Origin: Gemmata obscuriglobus
GTDB taxonomy: Bacteria; Planctomycetota; Planctomycetia; Gemmatales; Gemmataceae
DNA length: 32,000 nt
Direction of reading: 5' to 3'
Assembly: GCF_008065095.1 (NCBI RefSeq)
Contig: NZ_CP042911.1
Coordinates: 3,870,001 to 3,902,000, forward strand
Position 1 is the first letter of the stretch; every line of letters starts with the position of its first letter. The notes beneath the pieces are model-generated. The model did not search any database. It saw only the letters and a list, made by a program, of their open reading frames with translations, and was not told the origin of the DNA. The position numbers were made by a program, and so were the translations under genes. This document shows, one piece after another, positions 30,849 to 32,000 of this stretch.

Positions 30849-31607
30849 ATGAAAGTCCGCCTTACGGCGGTCGCGATCGCGGTCGCGATCGTCACCACAT
30901 CAGTACGATCCGAAGACAATAAGGCCCCGGCCGGGTTTACGGCGCTGTTCAACGGTAAAGATCTGACCGGTTGGAAGGGTCACACCACGATGACCGAGCG
31001 GGCCAAACAGAAGCCCGAAGACCTCGCCAAACTGCAAGCCACTCGCACCAAAACCGCGTTCGAACACTGGAAGCTTGTCGACGGCGCAATCCACTGCGAC
31101 GGCAAGGGCGGCGTCAGCCTCGTGACTGAGAAGGATTACGGCAACTTCGAGCTGTTGGTGGACTGGAAAATCGCCAAGAAAGGCGACAGCGGCCTGTACC
31201 TGCGCGGACAACCGCAGGTCCAAATTTGGGACTCGGACAACGCCGGCGGCGGGCGCATCGAAGATCCGGGCACCGGGTCCGGCGGTCTGTGGAACAATCC
31301 GCTCCCGCCGAACGCCGAAAAATCAGCGGACGTGGCGCTGAGACTGCAAGAAGGCCGCAAGGTTGGAAAAGTCCCGCTGACGAAGGCCGACAAGCCGGTA
31401 GGCGAGTGGAACACGTTTCACATTACCGTGATCGGCGACGAAGTGACCGTGAAACTCAACGGCACGCTCGTGGTCGATAAGGCCAAATTGCTCAACTTCT
31501 GGGAACGGGGCAAACCGGTTCCTGAAACAGGGCCGATCGAACTCCAGTTCCACGGCGACCCGCTCTGGTTCAAGAACATCTATATCAAAGAGCTGAAGAA
31601 GTCGTAA
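30849..31607 (+). CDS. Secreted DUF1080 (3-keto-disaccharide hydrolase-like) domain protein
   Basis: ATG 30849 lies 6 nt after GGAG; the track ORF starts at TTG 30837. The signal peptide is MKVRLTAVAIAVAIVTTSV. DUF1080 text is present: FNGKDLTGWKG, WKLVDGAIHC, YGNFELLVDWKI..KGDSGLYLRG, GPIELQFHGDPLWFKNIYIKEL. Confidence 0.85.
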   Translation: MKVRLTAVAIAVAIVTTSVRSEDNKAPAGFTALFNGKDLTGWKGHTTMTERAKQKPEDLAKLQATRTKTAFEHWKLVDGAIHCDGKGGVSLVTEKDYGNFELLVDWKIAKKGDSGLYLRGQPQVQIWDSDNAGGGRIEDPGTGSGGLWNNPLPPNAEKSADVALRLQEGRKVGKVPLTKADKPVGEWNTFHITVIGDEVTVKLNGTLVVDKAKLLNFWERGKPVPETGPIELQFHGDPLWFKNIYIKELKKS

Positions 31608-31649
31608 CGACCGCAACTCAAGCGCCTCACGCTTGCTGCACGACATCAT

Positions 31650-31685
31650 CAGAGGCCCGAACCCGTTCCAAAGGGTGCGGGCCTC
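31650..31685 (+). terminator. Hairpin downstream of the DUF1080 gene (terminator candidate, no U-tract)
   Basis: AGAGGCCCG (31650-58) pairs with CGGGCCTCT (31677-85). The 18-nt loop contains an inner ACCC/GGGT pairing. It is 43 nt after the stop. Confidence 0.3.
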
Positions 31686-32000
31686 TCACTTCACGTGAAG
31701 AAGCTCGCCCCGGCCTGGGGCAACCAGCGCTCAATCGGCTGCGCGAGCACGCAGCCCTTTTCCAGTAGTTCCAATTTACAAGTCGGGAACCCGTGCAGCC
31801 CAAGCCCCGGGCCGTTCGTGTGGCTTTGAGCCTCACGTGGAACTTGGAACTCCTGCATTCGGCTCAATAGGCCGGTGGATCTACGAAGCCTGTGATTGGG
31901 CCACGGAGGACGGTTCCGTGGACAAGAGCATGGGGCTGGTCGTCTCGCCAGCGGCAACTACCAAACGACACCAGCGGGTCCACAGGCGGCCCGAGATCGC

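Noticed and set aside
31691-31957. 88-aa minus-strand ORF at the right edge (…MQEFQVPREAQSHTNGPGLGLHGFPTCKLELLEKGCVLAQPIERWLPQAGASFFT)
   Set aside because: The last ~55 residues look mildly protein-like and the region has lower GC. The N-terminal part is Arg/Pro junk, no family was recognised, and the true gene, if any, may continue in another frame beyond the window.
1-32000. Search for CRISPR arrays, rRNA genes, additional tRNAs and tandem repeats
   Set aside because: No regularly spaced direct repeats were seen. The only recurring short element is the palindromic repeat, with two copies 12.6 kb apart. No rRNA-like conserved stretches and no second cloverleaf were recognised by eye. This is a manual scan and could miss degenerate repeats.

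Overview
High-GC (by eye about two-thirds G+C) bacterial chromosomal segment. The gene content points to Planctomycetota, probably a Gemmata-like organism: PSCyt/DUF1549/DUF1553 plus Tat-signal DUF1501 genes, DUF1573, DUF1080, a PEP-CTERM tail and tetrahydromethanopterin (H4MPT) biosynthesis genes. This is an inference from gene families only, because no search was possible. Left to right: (i) A COG0523/CobW-type GTPase translationally coupled to a WD40 protein (274-2645). (ii) A ~4.7 kb decay and mobile-element zone (about 2650-7400). It holds an apparently intact 1259-bp IS with perfect 18-bp inverted repeats and a 3-bp AAT duplication that splits a small Fis-type HTH gene. It also holds a multiply frameshifted PEP-CTERM gene, a cation/H+ antiporter N-terminal stub, a 5'-truncated ISAs1 transposase with an in-frame TAG, and an ECF sigma-factor N-terminal stub. 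(iii) An archaeal-type XPB helicase plus Bax1/DUF790 nuclease pair (7499-10319), with a 14-bp perfect inverted repeat in its leader and a REP/MITE-like palindromic element between the two genes. (iv) A DUF1573 protein and ComF on the minus strand, a lower-GC gap, tRNA-Ser(CGA) with a terminator, and degraded integrase-core-like remnants on its 3' side. (v) A ~10 kb co-directional cluster (14606-24322): a PSCyt/DUF1553 protein, a compositionally atypical 108-aa ORF, three DUF1501 paralogues, a zinc-ribbon rhomboid protease and a DUF4272-like protein, with a second copy of the palindromic element. (vi) A minus-strand operon of TlpA-like thioredoxin, PabB, DUF447 and beta-RFAP synthase (29497-25216), i.e. 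a pABA-to-methanopterin entry module. (vii) A TPR-like hypothetical protein and a DUF1080 protein. No rRNA gene or CRISPR array was seen. The two candidates most worth follow-up are the bacterial XPB-Bax1 helicase-nuclease module beside the IS graveyard, and the PSCyt/DUF1501/rhomboid cluster with its wedged orphan ORF. All family assignments come from motif recognition by eye and need HMM confirmation.
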